DNA of 64,000 nt from Candidatus Peribacteria bacterium. Its GTDB lineage: Bacteria; Patescibacteriota; Gracilibacteria; Peribacterales; Peribacteraceae. Position 1 is the first letter of the stretch, and the number at the start of each line of letters is the position of its first letter. The stretch is taken from NCBI GenBank assembly GCA_023245765.1, contig JAHFJP010000001.1, forward strand, positions 8,190-72,189. The letters are read 5' to 3'. Below, piece after piece: positions 1-10,203 of the stretch. The notes beneath the pieces were generated by a model. That model was given only the letters and a program-made list of their open reading frames with translations, did no database searches and was not told the DNA's origin. A program made the position numbers and the translations under genes.

Positions 1-1
1 G

Positions 2-64
2 TTCTGCAGCACGTGCAGGGTCAAGAAGCCGACGAAACAGAAGGAGGAGAGACATTCGAAGTAA
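2..64 (+). CDS. rpmG: C-terminal fragment, probably 50S ribosomal protein L33 (partial at window edge)
   Basis: Frame 2 reads FCSTCRVKKPTKQKEERHSK*. The CxxC plus basic tail resembles the zinc-type L33 C-terminus. Confidence 0.55.
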   Translation, partial: FCSTCRVKKPTKQKEERHSK

Positions 65-90
65 GCGCTTAGGCAGGTGGAGTTTTTCGA

Positions 91-179
91 TCTCCTGGAT
101 CCCCCCACCCCTGCCCCTCCCCCTATCGATACGCTCGCAGCTTCGCCGCGAGCTACTCGGGACAGGCTCAGGAGGGAAG
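91..179. repeat. Composite REP-like palindromic element
   Basis: CCCCCCACCCCTGCCCCTCCCC...GGAGGG encloses a nested hairpin GCTCGC-agcttcgcc-GCGAGC. Confidence 0.5.
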
Positions 180-202
180 ATTTTTCTGTATGATGTCTGT
201 GT

Positions 203-1063
203 ATGTCTCGGGAAGAACGTGTTGGGCAGAGGTTTGTTCTCGTTTCGATGATGATCGAGGGTATTTATCCGGCGTTAGTCCATGTGGGTTCATTGGCGTT
301 CCCACCTATCTGGTTTGCGGCGATGTGCACGATGCTATCCGCTATCGTTCATTGCGCATTGGTAATCTACCGCGGTCGTTGGAATTTTACGTGGAAGTTA
401 TTCTGGCCGTGGGTTGGCATGACACTCTTCGTTCCTGTCATTCCTGCCATTTTCATTTTCTTAGGTACGCGATTGAGCACAGGAATCAATACGACGCTGC
501 TCCTTCAGACTGAGTTACTCGCAGCCATCATCGTCTTCAGTTTCATTATTCGGGAGAAGTTGCCACTGCGGCAGTACGTTGGGGCAGCATTCGTTCTCAT
601 TGGAACGTTGCTGGTGCTCTTCCAGGGAACCTTGGAACTTCGCACCGGCGATCTCCTGATTCTTTTGGGAGTTTCTTTCTATCCCTGGGGGAACATTTGC
701 GCGAAAAAGTTGCTCAAAACACTCGATCCGTTCCAGACGATGTTCCTGAGGGCATCACTCGGTGGAATTCTGCTGCTCCTGGTTAGCTGTATCGTTGAAG
801 GATCTCCGTTCGTTCCATTGTCTATGCAGGGACCGTTCTGGATTATTCCGACGTACGCCTTGGTGGTCCTCGTCGGTTCAAAACTTCTTTGGTACGCAGG
901 ATTGCGGTATTTGCCGATTCTCAAAGCGACGTCGATGATTGTGGCGTTTCCGATCGTTGGATTCTTCGTTGCTGCTGTTTTCCTTCACGAGATTCCCACG
1001 ATGTTTCAGATCGCAGGATTTGTCAGCACCGTGTGCGGGCTCTTCCTGCTGACCCGGGTATAG
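203..1063 (+). CDS. EamA/DMT family transporter
   Basis: 286 aa, about 10 hydrophobic segments in two repeats, with DMT-like signatures (IREKL, GDLLIL, FLHEIPT). Confidence 0.85.
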   Translation: MSREERVGQRFVLVSMMIEGIYPALVHVGSLAFPPIWFAAMCTMLSAIVHCALVIYRGRWNFTWKLFWPWVGMTLFVPVIPAIFIFLGTRLSTGINTTLLLQTELLAAIIVFSFIIREKLPLRQYVGAAFVLIGTLLVLFQGTLELRTGDLLILLGVSFYPWGNICAKKLLKTLDPFQTMFLRASLGGILLLLVSCIVEGSPFVPLSMQGPFWIIPTYALVVLVGSKLLWYAGLRYLPILKATSMIVAFPIVGFFVAAVFLHEIPTMFQIAGFVSTVCGLFLLTRV

Positions 1064-1072
1064 TATCGGTGT

Positions 1073-1531
1073 ATGGAAGACGTCTACCGTCGCGCTGCCT
1101 CGATCCTCGTTCTCCGACCTGTTGAGAGGGGTTATCACATCCTTCTGCTCCACAAGCCGCGCAAGCGCGACGCCTGGCAGCTGCCACAGGGGGGAGTCGA
1201 AGACGGCGAGAGCGTCACGGAAGCGGCGTTGCGGGAACTCAACGAAGAAGCCTCACTCACCGGTTGCCGGGTGCTCGGAGTCAGTGAGCGGGTCTATCAG
1301 TACGACTTCCCCGCGTCGTTCCGCCGGTTTCGTCCCGATAACGTGAAAGGCCAGCGCATCGAGTATGTGTTCGCGCTCGCGCCGCATGATGCGACCGTCA
1401 CAGTGGACGGCAAAGAAGTGGATAATCATGCGTGGATTGAACTCTCGCAGTTGCCGCAGTATGTGAAAAGGAGTGAGTATGTGGAGATTGTGACGGGTCT
1501 CTATGATGAAGCTCTCCAGCAACTCGCATGA
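1073..1531 (+). CDS. NUDIX hydrolase (RppH-like)
   Basis: Nudix box WQLPQGGVEDGESVTEAALRELNEEA; the QxPQGG variant is typical of the RppH/Ap4A hydrolase group. Confidence 0.85.
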   Translation: MEDVYRRAASILVLRPVERGYHILLLHKPRKRDAWQLPQGGVEDGESVTEAALRELNEEASLTGCRVLGVSERVYQYDFPASFRRFRPDNVKGQRIEYVFALAPHDATVTVDGKEVDNHAWIELSQLPQYVKRSEYVEIVTGLYDEALQQLA

Positions 1532-2646
1532 GATTACTGTCTCTCTCCCTCGAGCAATACCGCAATTACGGCGCTCTGACCGTCGATTTTCCAGAGAATG
1601 ATCTTCATTTGTTCGTGGGGCCCAATGGCAGCGGCAAGACCAATATTCTGGAGTCGATCGCGCTACTCTCGCTCACCAAATCGTTCCTCGGTCTCGAAGA
1701 AGAAGATCTGCGGCAGTGGGGGAAAGAACACTACCGGGTCCGAGCCCGGATGAAGACGGACGGCGGAGCCACCGAGGAATTGGAGATCGTCAGCCAGGTT
1801 CTCCCTCGGAAACAGAAAGTTTGCTTCCATAATGGCGTGAAGATTTCGCTGTCGCAGATGGTGGGTCGTCTCCCCGTCGTCACCTTCCTGCCACAGGAGC
1901 TTGCACTCTTCGCCGGTCCTCCATCGGAGCGCCGGCGGTTTTTTGATCAGATTCTTTCGCAGGTGTCGCCGGGCTATTTTTCGTCGCTGATGGATTATCA
2001 GAAGGTTCTCAAGCAGCGCAATGCGCTGCTCAAGAGCATCGCCGAGCGCACTGCCGATGCGTCATTCCTCGCGCCGTGGGATGAAGAGATTGCTCTACTC
2101 GGGAGCGCGCTCACGCTCCTGCGCCTGGAGCTCGTCGAGACGTTCAATCTGGCCCTGCGCGAGGAAACGCAGGCGCTTGGAGAGTCGTGGAACGACGTCG
2201 TCGTGTCGTACCGGCGAACCGGAGACTCGCGGGTACAGGAAGAGCTGCGGCAGGAGATACTGGAGCAGTTGAAGAAGTCCGTCGAGCGTGACGTGATTCT
2301 GCGCTCGACGACGGTCGGTCCGCATCGTGACGATTGGGAGATTCATGCGGACGGCCGTTCGCTCATTTCGTTTGCATCGCGCGGGCAGCAGCGCGTCGCC
2401 GTCCTTGCGCTCCTGCTCCTGCAGGCGTCGTACCTGGAAGTGCGCCGGGGCGAGAAGCCGGTGATTCTCCTCGATGATATTTTCTCCGAACTCGACTCTG
2501 AACATCGCGAAAAACTCCTCGGTGCGTTCTCTGCGCATCAGGTGATCCTCACGGCGACAGATATTCCCGGCAGCGCGGAGTTTCCCGGAAGCGTGTTCCA
2601 GGTGGAGCAGGGGAGGGTTGCCCCCTATACTGCGCTCCATGCATGA
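1528..2646 (+). CDS. recF: DNA replication/repair protein RecF
   Basis: GPNGSGKTN Walker A, GPPSERRRFFD, GPHRDD, ASRGQQR and LLDD. Confidence 0.95.
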   Translation: MRLLSLSLEQYRNYGALTVDFPENDLHLFVGPNGSGKTNILESIALLSLTKSFLGLEEEDLRQWGKEHYRVRARMKTDGGATEELEIVSQVLPRKQKVCFHNGVKISLSQMVGRLPVVTFLPQELALFAGPPSERRRFFDQILSQVSPGYFSSLMDYQKVLKQRNALLKSIAERTADASFLAPWDEEIALLGSALTLLRLELVETFNLALREETQALGESWNDVVVSYRRTGDSRVQEELRQEILEQLKKSVERDVILRSTTVGPHRDDWEIHADGRSLISFASRGQQRVAVLALLLLQASYLEVRRGEKPVILLDDIFSELDSEHREKLLGAFSAHQVILTATDIPGSAEFPGSVFQVEQGRVAPYTALHA

Positions 2647-3220
2647 CCGCTACCTCCACGAAGGCGAGACTCTGCTCTGCGACCGCCGGTCATCCGCAGC
2701 CGTTTTGATCATTGCGTTGCTGCGTGGCGTCGTGGAGACGCTGATCGTGGGTTCCATCCTGAGTGTGCTTGCTGCGCTGAGTTTGATCCTCGCCTTCGAG
2801 ACCACGTTGGCGGTCTGGATGTACGCCGCGATATTCCTCATCTGTCTGGCTGTGATCGTGTTCCAGCGCGTGCACATCTGGCGGGAGGCGACGTTTCGCG
2901 TGACGACGGAGCGCATTCTGCTCGCCAATCCCACGGCCTTCTTCCACGCACCGCTCGTCACGGTGAAATGGCCGCAGTATCAGGAGTGTGAGGTGGACCA
3001 CCGCGGGGTGCTCGACGTCTTCTTTTTCGCCCGCCCGCTCAAGATCCGCTACGGCACGGCCGATGCCCGGTACGAAGCGAAGTTCCCGTCACTGCGGTAC
3101 GCCGAAGACCTCAAGCACTATCTCGACAAAGTCGACGCGGCTGTGCGGCGTAATGATCTTCAGTCACTCAAGCCTTTCGTGGCGAAGCCCAGGGGGAAGC
3201 GGGATGCAGAAAATGTCTAA
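2639..3220 (+). CDS. Two-TM membrane protein with bacterial PH-like domain
   Basis: Two TM helices followed by FRVTTERI. Start moved to ATG 2639, which is 7 nt after TATACT. Confidence 0.6.
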   Translation: MHDRYLHEGETLLCDRRSSAAVLIIALLRGVVETLIVGSILSVLAALSLILAFETTLAVWMYAAIFLICLAVIVFQRVHIWREATFRVTTERILLANPTAFFHAPLVTVKWPQYQECEVDHRGVLDVFFFARPLKIRYGTADARYEAKFPSLRYAEDLKHYLDKVDAAVRRNDLQSLKPFVAKPRGKRDAENV

Positions 3221-3290
3221 TGATAAATCACTAAGAAATTTGTGAACTTCGTAACTTTCAAAATTTCTTAATGATTAAACATTAATCATT
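3212..3290. repeat. AT-rich ~30-bp imperfect inverted repeat overlapping two convergent stop codons
   Basis: AATGTCTAATGATAAATCACTAAGAAATTT ... AAATTTCTTAATGATTAAACATTAATCATT. Confidence 0.7.
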
Positions 3291-3760
3291 TCTTTCGATA
3301 AGGCTCCATACACCGCGAGAGCCAGTGCATCAGCGGCATCATCCGGCGTAGGAACAGCCGTCAGATTCAGCATCCGCATCAGCATATCCTGCATCTGGCG
3401 CTTGTCGGCCCTTCCATCGCCGGTGATCGCCGATTTGAGCTGCAGCGGGGTGGGCTCGAGAACTTCTATACCGTGCTCCGCCAGCGTCAGTAGAATCACA
3501 CCGCGCGCTTCGGCAACACCCATGGCCGTCTGGACATTGGTTTCGAAGAAGAGCCGTTCCACGACCGCGCAATCGGGTTGGACATCATCAAGGAGCGCGG
3601 ACAGGTCATCGTGAATCTCCCGCAGACGCTCCGGTGTCGGAACGCCCGCCTTCGTTTCAATCGTCAGCCATTCAACGGGAATGATCCGGTGGACCGAGTC
3701 GGCCTGCACAATGCCGATGCCGATCGTCGCCAGGCCAGGATCGATTCCGAGGATGCGCAT
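3275..3760 (-). CDS. ruvC: Holliday junction resolvase RuvC
   Basis: ILGIDPG, VVERLFF, ARGV, ITGDGRADK and DDAADALA. Confidence 0.96.
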   Translation of the reverse strand: MRILGIDPGLATIGIGIVQADSVHRIIPVEWLTIETKAGVPTPERLREIHDDLSALLDDVQPDCAVVERLFFETNVQTAMGVAEARGVILLTLAEHGIEVLEPTPLQLKSAITGDGRADKRQMQDMLMRMLNLTAVPTPDDAADALALAVYGALSKEMINV

Positions 3761-3830
3761 GTGGCGGCATGATAGCAGATTGCAAAAACGGTCTTTTTCT
3801 GCTATGATATGAGGAAAACATCATATCCAC

Positions 3831-5285
3831 ATGTTGCATAAACACCGCCACTTTCTGGCCGCTCCGCTCTTCGCGCTTTCGCTCCTTGTGACAGTCGCAG
3901 GGGTCAGCGTGACGAGTCGGGCGCAGGTGACTTCGGAAACCGGAACCGTCGCACTGGGCGACATCACCGCCGTGCATGCAGACAAGACATTCACCCTCCC
4001 GCGCGGCGTGCGTGGTCTCCTGCGGGAAGATGGCGTGCTGCACGATGACGGCGACGTTCTCTCGCTGCGGCAGGGAACACTTCTCGTTGCATCCGAGGCA
4101 ATGACAGAGGTGCAAATCGACGATGTGTTCCTCTCGGCATTCCATGGGGGATTTTTGGTGACGCGCAACGGCACGACATTCTCCGTCCATGCACTGACGA
4201 GCCCCGTTCTGATCGCTCGCGGTTCCTTTCGCTTGATCATCCCCGCGGGCATGCAGGGGTCGTGGGCAGCGGCCGGGAAACTGCCGTCACAGTTTGATCT
4301 TGCTGCTACTCTGGCCGATCGGCAGCGGTTACAGATGATCCCGGAGGGTTCTCTGCGCGATGAGCTCAATGCGCTTGCCGCTCTGCCTCCATCCCCGTCC
4401 CTCCAGCCTGGTGACACGTCTTCCGTGCCTGAGCTCTCGACGGAAGCTCTTTCGATTCTCTTGGCTGACACCGCAGAGCGTCCCAGTGCGTCACAGGAAC
4501 TGCTGCAGTACCTCCGGGATGATGACCTGTGGCTCCTGCTATCGTTTCATCATAACTATCAGGCTGCGGCCTGGGAAACCTCCGGCTCGCTCGGCATCTC
4601 TGCCGATGCCCGTGTTCTGCGCTGGCTCCAGTTGCCTTCTTCCGATGTTGGTGGAGATGCCGTCACCGCTCTTGCCATGGACCGGTGGACGGAGCAGACG
4701 GAAAAATATGTGAATAGTCTCATAGAGCCCCAGTCGTTCCTTGAGCCGCTCCTGCAGTCACTGCGCGGACACAGAGCCTTCGCAGAGCAGAGGGGCTTCC
4801 CCGAACGTCTGGAGCGCATGGCGCATGCACTGCACACCGTCATCGAGCCGTTCAAAGACCGTCTCTCCAACGATGCAAAAAGCCTCTATGCCGGGTGGCA
4901 GGAGCTCGATGCCATCGCCCCGTACACCGAGCCCGCGCCGCTACCTGCGCCCGTCATTGAGCCCGCTCGCCCCGCGAAGCTCGCCGAAGGCGAGCGAAGT
5001 GGGGAGATCATCCCCGAGCCGTTCGATGCAACTGCGGTCGAAGCGCGCGCAAAACAGATGCTCCTCGATGCCGGAGCGCTCTTCACGACGCAGACCGTTT
5101 TGCATGCCGAGAGTGCCGACAAGGTGACGGTACAGCATCTTCTGTTCGCCTCTGCCGATGGTGAGCACCAGTATGAATGTGTTCTCGATCTGACTGCCCG
5201 GCAGCTCAAGAGCATTCACCGTGACGGCCAGCTGATGCCGTATCCGCTCAGCGTGGAGGGGTTTGGGGCATGGGCAGGACGTTGA
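3831..5285 (+). CDS. Secreted hypothetical protein (possible FecR-like N-terminal beta domain)
   Basis: 484-aa ORF with a signal peptide, a beta-rich N-terminus and a Pro-rich linker. Confidence 0.6.
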   Translation: MLHKHRHFLAAPLFALSLLVTVAGVSVTSRAQVTSETGTVALGDITAVHADKTFTLPRGVRGLLREDGVLHDDGDVLSLRQGTLLVASEAMTEVQIDDVFLSAFHGGFLVTRNGTTFSVHALTSPVLIARGSFRLIIPAGMQGSWAAAGKLPSQFDLAATLADRQRLQMIPEGSLRDELNALAALPPSPSLQPGDTSSVPELSTEALSILLADTAERPSASQELLQYLRDDDLWLLLSFHHNYQAAAWETSGSLGISADARVLRWLQLPSSDVGGDAVTALAMDRWTEQTEKYVNSLIEPQSFLEPLLQSLRGHRAFAEQRGFPERLERMAHALHTVIEPFKDRLSNDAKSLYAGWQELDAIAPYTEPAPLPAPVIEPARPAKLAEGERSGEIIPEPFDATAVEARAKQMLLDAGALFTTQTVLHAESADKVTVQHLLFASADGEHQYECVLDLTARQLKSIHRDGQLMPYPLSVEGFGAWAGR

Positions 5286-5288
5286 CCC

Positions 5289-5522
5289 CTATGCAACAGT
5301 AGTTTTCTTCACGGGTTTTTTTGACGCGGCAATTTTCGTGATTTTGTATTTCATTGTGCTGCCGTCATTCCAATCAAGGTCTTGCCTGATTGCGACCTTC
5401 AGACCATTACCGGCAAACACCTCCCGGAGAACTTCGATAGCCGAGCGCGTTATCAAATCAACGCATGTCACATTGCCCTTTTTCAGTTCATCAATTGCGT
5501 CGGAAACGGTGCGGAATTCCAT
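5289..5522 (-). CDS. Small hypothetical protein with Lys-rich tail
   Basis: Fills the gap downstream of tRNA-Ile. ATG at 5522 (MEFRTV). Confidence 0.4.
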   Translation of the reverse strand: MEFRTVSDAIDELKKGNVTCVDLITRSAIEVLREVFAGNGLKVAIRQDLDWNDGSTMKYKITKIAASKKPVKKTTVA

Positions 5523-5577
5523 GGGGGCATTTTCATGAGGTAGTGGCTGCGCCACGTGGCGCCGAAGGCGCTTTACG

Positions 5578-5653
5578 TGGTGGGCGATGATGGATTTGAA
5601 CCATCGACCTCGACATTATCAGTGTCGCGCTCTAACCCCTGAGCTAATCGCCC
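5578..5653 (-). tRNA. tRNA-Ile(GAT)
   Basis: Reverse complement: GGGCGATTAGCTCAG...CGACA-CTGATAA-TGTCG...GGTTCAAATCC...ATCGCCCACCA. Confidence 0.96.
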
Positions 5654-5715
5654 GAAAACAACGTCAAACGCCGAGAAAGGGTACGGAGGAACCAAGGGAT
5701 GGTCAAGAAGCCCCC

Positions 5716-7704
5716 TCACGCCGCTGATTCCACGCGGTTCTTCCGGAACACCTTCTTGACAGCATTTTTCACACCCTTGAATGAGTCGAGGATCTTCTGG
5801 ACCGGTCCTCGTATGGAGGCTTTATCCTGGCGTCGTAGCAGTTCGTCGCCGGTTTCGTGCGCCGCTGTTCCCATCATCAGATACCCCTGTTCGCCGTGTT
5901 TTCCCTTGGAGTTCCCGGTCAAGTTTGCCGATCCCCCGAGAGTGATTTGCTTTGGCCATCCCATGTCGGAGACGATGCACTTGGAGTGGAGCGTGTGTTT
6001 GGCTTTATAGACGCGAATCATCGGTGACAACTTCTTGAAGATTGCATCGTCCATGTTGTTCTCTCCTTTCAAATTTTTCCAATGTTCGTGCTTTCTTTTT
6101 CCATCAAGAAAATGTTCGTACTCTTTCAAAAATGCCTTCGTTTGTCTGTAGGTGAATCCAAATTCATTCTCCAATGTTGCGCGGTTTTTCTCCTTCATTT
6201 TTTCGTTGAACTCATCGATTTTCCGGAAACTGTCTTCTTCCATTTCCGCGAATTCCGCCCCTTCGGGAGTACCATGCAGTATGTAAATACGTAGCCCGCT
6301 TTTCGCCTTGTCGATCAACAGATTCGTCAGCTCTTCGTCGTGGATAAAGGCATGTTCGATATGCAGGGTATGCTTTGCGCCGCGGATAATCTCCTTCATG
6401 GCATACGTGATCTGCTTTTTTTCCGGTTCCTCGCCGCTGTCATTGCTGTTACTGAGCACCTGGAAGACATCGCTGGACGTGCGTTTGGGAAGGAGAACAG
6501 GATCGGTGGATTTGCGCGGTGCTGCGAGCAGATCGTCGGTTTCGGCATCGTCACCCTGCAGAAGCACTTCGTGGGAATAATCGTGATACATGTCCGGACC
6601 ACCCGACCATCGCTCCCGAGGATCCTTTTTTTGCGGATCGCAATTCCCCGAATATCGAATGCCGATGTTTCTGCCCCCCAAAAACTTTCGCACGGTTTTC
6701 TTGCCACTTGCATCAGTGCTGGTGAACCGGATGATCTTGGAGTGATCCATGTTTTCAATGCCGCGCTGCACGATCTTGAGAGACGACCCCAATGTGGTCT
6801 GCAATGTCTGTAATGGGTCGTTCATGGACAACAGATATTTGTCATCGAATGCCTTTCTCAAACGGGCATCAAACGCCTGTATTTCTTCGGGCGGCAGCTG
6901 CTCAATGACTTTTGAATTTCCCCGTACCATACCCAGCAGCCGGTGCCATCGCCGCCAATTGACGGAACCGAGAAAGGCGAGTGCTGCACTGAACATCGTT
7001 TTGCACTTCTCCCACCAGCGCATCTTTTTTTTGCTTCCAAACAGCAGACAACCGGCCAGATCCACCGTCACGTGCACCTGTACGCCTCTCGTGTGCGCCT
7101 CCACCAGCTGCTCAGCCAGATAGTTACCGGTTGCATCGTCATTCCATTCGAAAATATGGATGTCGATGCTGTCCCCGCTCTTTGCCTTTCGTATCCGTTC
7201 ATCGAGCACGCGAAAATACTCGTCGCCACTGAAGTGCGGAGTGACAATGCTCGACGTACTGGCATTGGCACCCGTCCGTGCCACGATGCGTTCGATCGTG
7301 TTAAGCCGGATCAATCCGTACAACGGGGGGTTCTTCTGCTTCAGGACCGGCCAGAGATCCTCCCGAGCGACCTTCAGGACAGCGGATACCGGAACGTCGC
7401 TCCATACTCCGTTCTCATCCATCCAACTGACACGTTGTTGCGTGAGGAGAGAATCGAGAATTTCCTGTTTTTTCATCGGAGGAGCACCGATCATACCGGT
7501 CTCCATCTTTGTGCTGTCGGCGGCGTTTCGAATTTGTCCCCGTCGTTGGACGTTCCTGTTCATACGGGAATCAACAGGTGCACGGTGAAAGAGCTGATCG
7601 ATGCGAGAACGATTCTGCCGAACATGCGTGTTGATCGTGCGTACGGCAATCTGCTTTTCGGCAGATTGTAAGCCCTCCATATCTTCTGTTTGTATTTCAG
7701 CCAT
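5716..7704 (-). CDS. Phospholipase D superfamily protein (cardiolipin-synthase-like core, long N-terminal extension)
   Basis: HSKIIRFT...LGGRNIG and HSKCIVSD...GGSANL motifs; also IFEWNDDATG. Confidence 0.75.
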   Translation of the reverse strand: MAEIQTEDMEGLQSAEKQIAVRTINTHVRQNRSRIDQLFHRAPVDSRMNRNVQRRGQIRNAADSTKMETGMIGAPPMKKQEILDSLLTQQRVSWMDENGVWSDVPVSAVLKVAREDLWPVLKQKNPPLYGLIRLNTIERIVARTGANASTSSIVTPHFSGDEYFRVLDERIRKAKSGDSIDIHIFEWNDDATGNYLAEQLVEAHTRGVQVHVTVDLAGCLLFGSKKKMRWWEKCKTMFSAALAFLGSVNWRRWHRLLGMVRGNSKVIEQLPPEEIQAFDARLRKAFDDKYLLSMNDPLQTLQTTLGSSLKIVQRGIENMDHSKIIRFTSTDASGKKTVRKFLGGRNIGIRYSGNCDPQKKDPRERWSGGPDMYHDYSHEVLLQGDDAETDDLLAAPRKSTDPVLLPKRTSSDVFQVLSNSNDSGEEPEKKQITYAMKEIIRGAKHTLHIEHAFIHDEELTNLLIDKAKSGLRIYILHGTPEGAEFAEMEEDSFRKIDEFNEKMKEKNRATLENEFGFTYRQTKAFLKEYEHFLDGKRKHEHWKNLKGENNMDDAIFKKLSPMIRVYKAKHTLHSKCIVSDMGWPKQITLGGSANLTGNSKGKHGEQGYLMMGTAAHETGDELLRRQDKASIRGPVQKILDSFKGVKNAVKKVFRKNRVESAA

Positions 7705-7777
7705 TTCCCCCCATTATACCAGATTTTTGCATTCTTGGGCAGATCGGCTTTGAGGCACTACGGCAGTGACGTTGCAC

Positions 7778-7808
7778 AAAAAAACGGAGAGCAATGCTCT
7801 CCGTTTTT
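7778..7808. terminator. Intrinsic (bidirectional) terminator
   Basis: AAAAACGGAGAGCA-A-TGCTCTCCGTTTTT, downstream of the 7829..8431 gene. Confidence 0.8.
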
Positions 7809-7828
7809 GAATCGTCTCTGAAAGCCTC

Positions 7829-8431
7829 TCAGTGCGAGGACGTCGATGCGCTTGCGGAGGACGCACTCGATGTCGACGACGTCGATGCCGCGGAACTCGA
7901 GGATGTTGCCGAACTCATCGACGCGCTCTTGGCGGAGGCGGACGCGCTTGCAGCGGCAGCCGATGCAGATGCAGCGGCAGCCGACTTGCTGCTCTGCATC
8001 CACATGTACATGTTCTGGCGGTCGCGCTCCTTGTCCTTGATTTCCCGTATGCGGTAATGCTTCATCTTCTCCATCATATTCGTCTCGACCTTCATCATTT
8101 TGTTCTCCATTTTTTCCATTTTGTTCTCCATTTTTGCTTCGAGCTTCTCGCCTTTCATTGCGCTTTTGATGCGATCCAGGGCGGCTTTGAATCCTCCCGA
8201 AGCGCAGCGGCTGCGTGCCGGACCGCGCAGATCCTCACAGCTCGTGCCTCCCATCTTGGGAAGCGAAAACGTCCACTTTGAGCTCGTGGAAGATGAGGAC
8301 ATCATGGAACTGGAGGACGAGGACATCACGGAAGAACTGGAGGAGGTCGACGATGAGCTGTCGGCCAGTGCGGTGCCAGCCAGGCTGAATGCCAGCGACC
8401 CGGCGACCAGGACATTGACGAATTTCTTCAT
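7829..8431 (-). CDS. Secreted Ser/Ala-rich low-complexity protein
   Basis: Signal peptide MKKFVNVLVAGSLAFSLAGTALA, poly-Ser tracts and a MENKMEK coiled-coil repeat. Confidence 0.8.
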   Translation of the reverse strand: MKKFVNVLVAGSLAFSLAGTALADSSSSTSSSSSVMSSSSSSMMSSSSTSSKWTFSLPKMGGTSCEDLRGPARSRCASGGFKAALDRIKSAMKGEKLEAKMENKMEKMENKMMKVETNMMEKMKHYRIREIKDKERDRQNMYMWMQSSKSAAAASASAAAASASASAKSASMSSATSSSSAASTSSTSSASSASASTSSH

Positions 8432-8503
8432 AAAAATTTGCTAAAGAAATAAAGGACGCGGGCATGCTACAAAGTCTTGGGTGGAAGAGGAATTGCCAAA
8501 AGT

Positions 8504-8592
8504 CAGCTTTTTAGCTTGTTAGCTAATTAGCTTTTTAGCTTTCTCCCCAAAAGTGTATGAAAAGCTAACCAGCTAAAAAGCTAAACAGCTAA
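8504..8592. repeat. 8-bp period AGCT-core inverted tandem array
   Basis: (tAGCTnnn)x5, a spacer, then (nnAGCTAA)x4. Confidence 0.85.
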
Positions 8593-8604
8593 TACGCTCG
8601 CGAA

Positions 8605-9531
<927 letters not shown>

Positions 9532-9553
9532 GTGTACGCTACTATTCTACCAT

Positions 9554-10084
9554 ATGCGCGCGCGCTTTTCGAGGTCACGGGGCCTCCCCGTTCTCGACGA
9601 GGAAACAGGGGAGACCATCGGCACGATCAGCGGGATGGTCCTCAACCCCGACACCGGAGTCGTGGAAGGATTCTTTGTGCGTGCCGCGGGCTTCTTCCAT
9701 CGCGAGAATCTCTTTCTCCACAGTCTCGATATTCTCCACTGGGGGCTGCGGCTTACTGTGCGGCACCAGGATGTTCTCTCGCCGATGGAGGACCTCGTGC
9801 GACTGCAGTCGCTCATCGCATCACAGCGCCCCATCCTTGGTCAGCGCATGGTCACCGAGAGCGGCAGAGTGCTTGGCCGCTGCAGTGACGTCCAGTTCTC
9901 CACCCGGGATTTCCGGCTTGAGTGGCTCTTTCCACGACGATTCTTCCGGTTGGGAATCCCCGTTCCCGCGTCGCAAATTCTCGAGGTGCGGCGGGAGGCG
10001 ATTGTGTCGCGAGACACCGTTCTTCCGTCCAAAGAAAAACAAGAGAATGTTTCTCTTCTCCCGCAGATGCCGGAGGCCGTTTAA
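9554..10084 (+). CDS. PRC-barrel domain protein (two barrels)
   Basis: GLPVLDEETGETIG and GQRMVTESGRVLG PRC signatures. Start moved to ATG 9554. Confidence 0.75.
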   Translation: MRARFSRSRGLPVLDEETGETIGTISGMVLNPDTGVVEGFFVRAAGFFHRENLFLHSLDILHWGLRLTVRHQDVLSPMEDLVRLQSLIASQRPILGQRMVTESGRVLGRCSDVQFSTRDFRLEWLFPRRFFRLGIPVPASQILEVRREAIVSRDTVLPSKEKQENVSLLPQMPEAV

Positions 10085-10099
10085 AAAAGATTTCCTTAT

Positions 10100-10142
10100 C
10101 TCCCTCTCCCTTCGCAAAGGGAGAGGGCGGGGTGAGGGTTTT
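10100..10142. repeat. REP-like CCCTCTCCC/GGGAGAGGG element
   Basis: CCCTCTCCCTT-CGCA-AAGGGAGAGGG-CGGGGTGAGGG. Confidence 0.75.
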
Positions 10143-10153
10143 TGAGCTCTACA

Positions 10154-10180
10154 AAAACCCCCGCGATGAGCAGGGGTTTT
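10154..10180. terminator. Probable intrinsic terminator between convergent genes
   Basis: AAAACCCC...GGGGTTTT hairpin. Confidence 0.55.
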
Positions 10181-10203
10181 GAACTCTACAGAATCCGTCG
10201 CGA

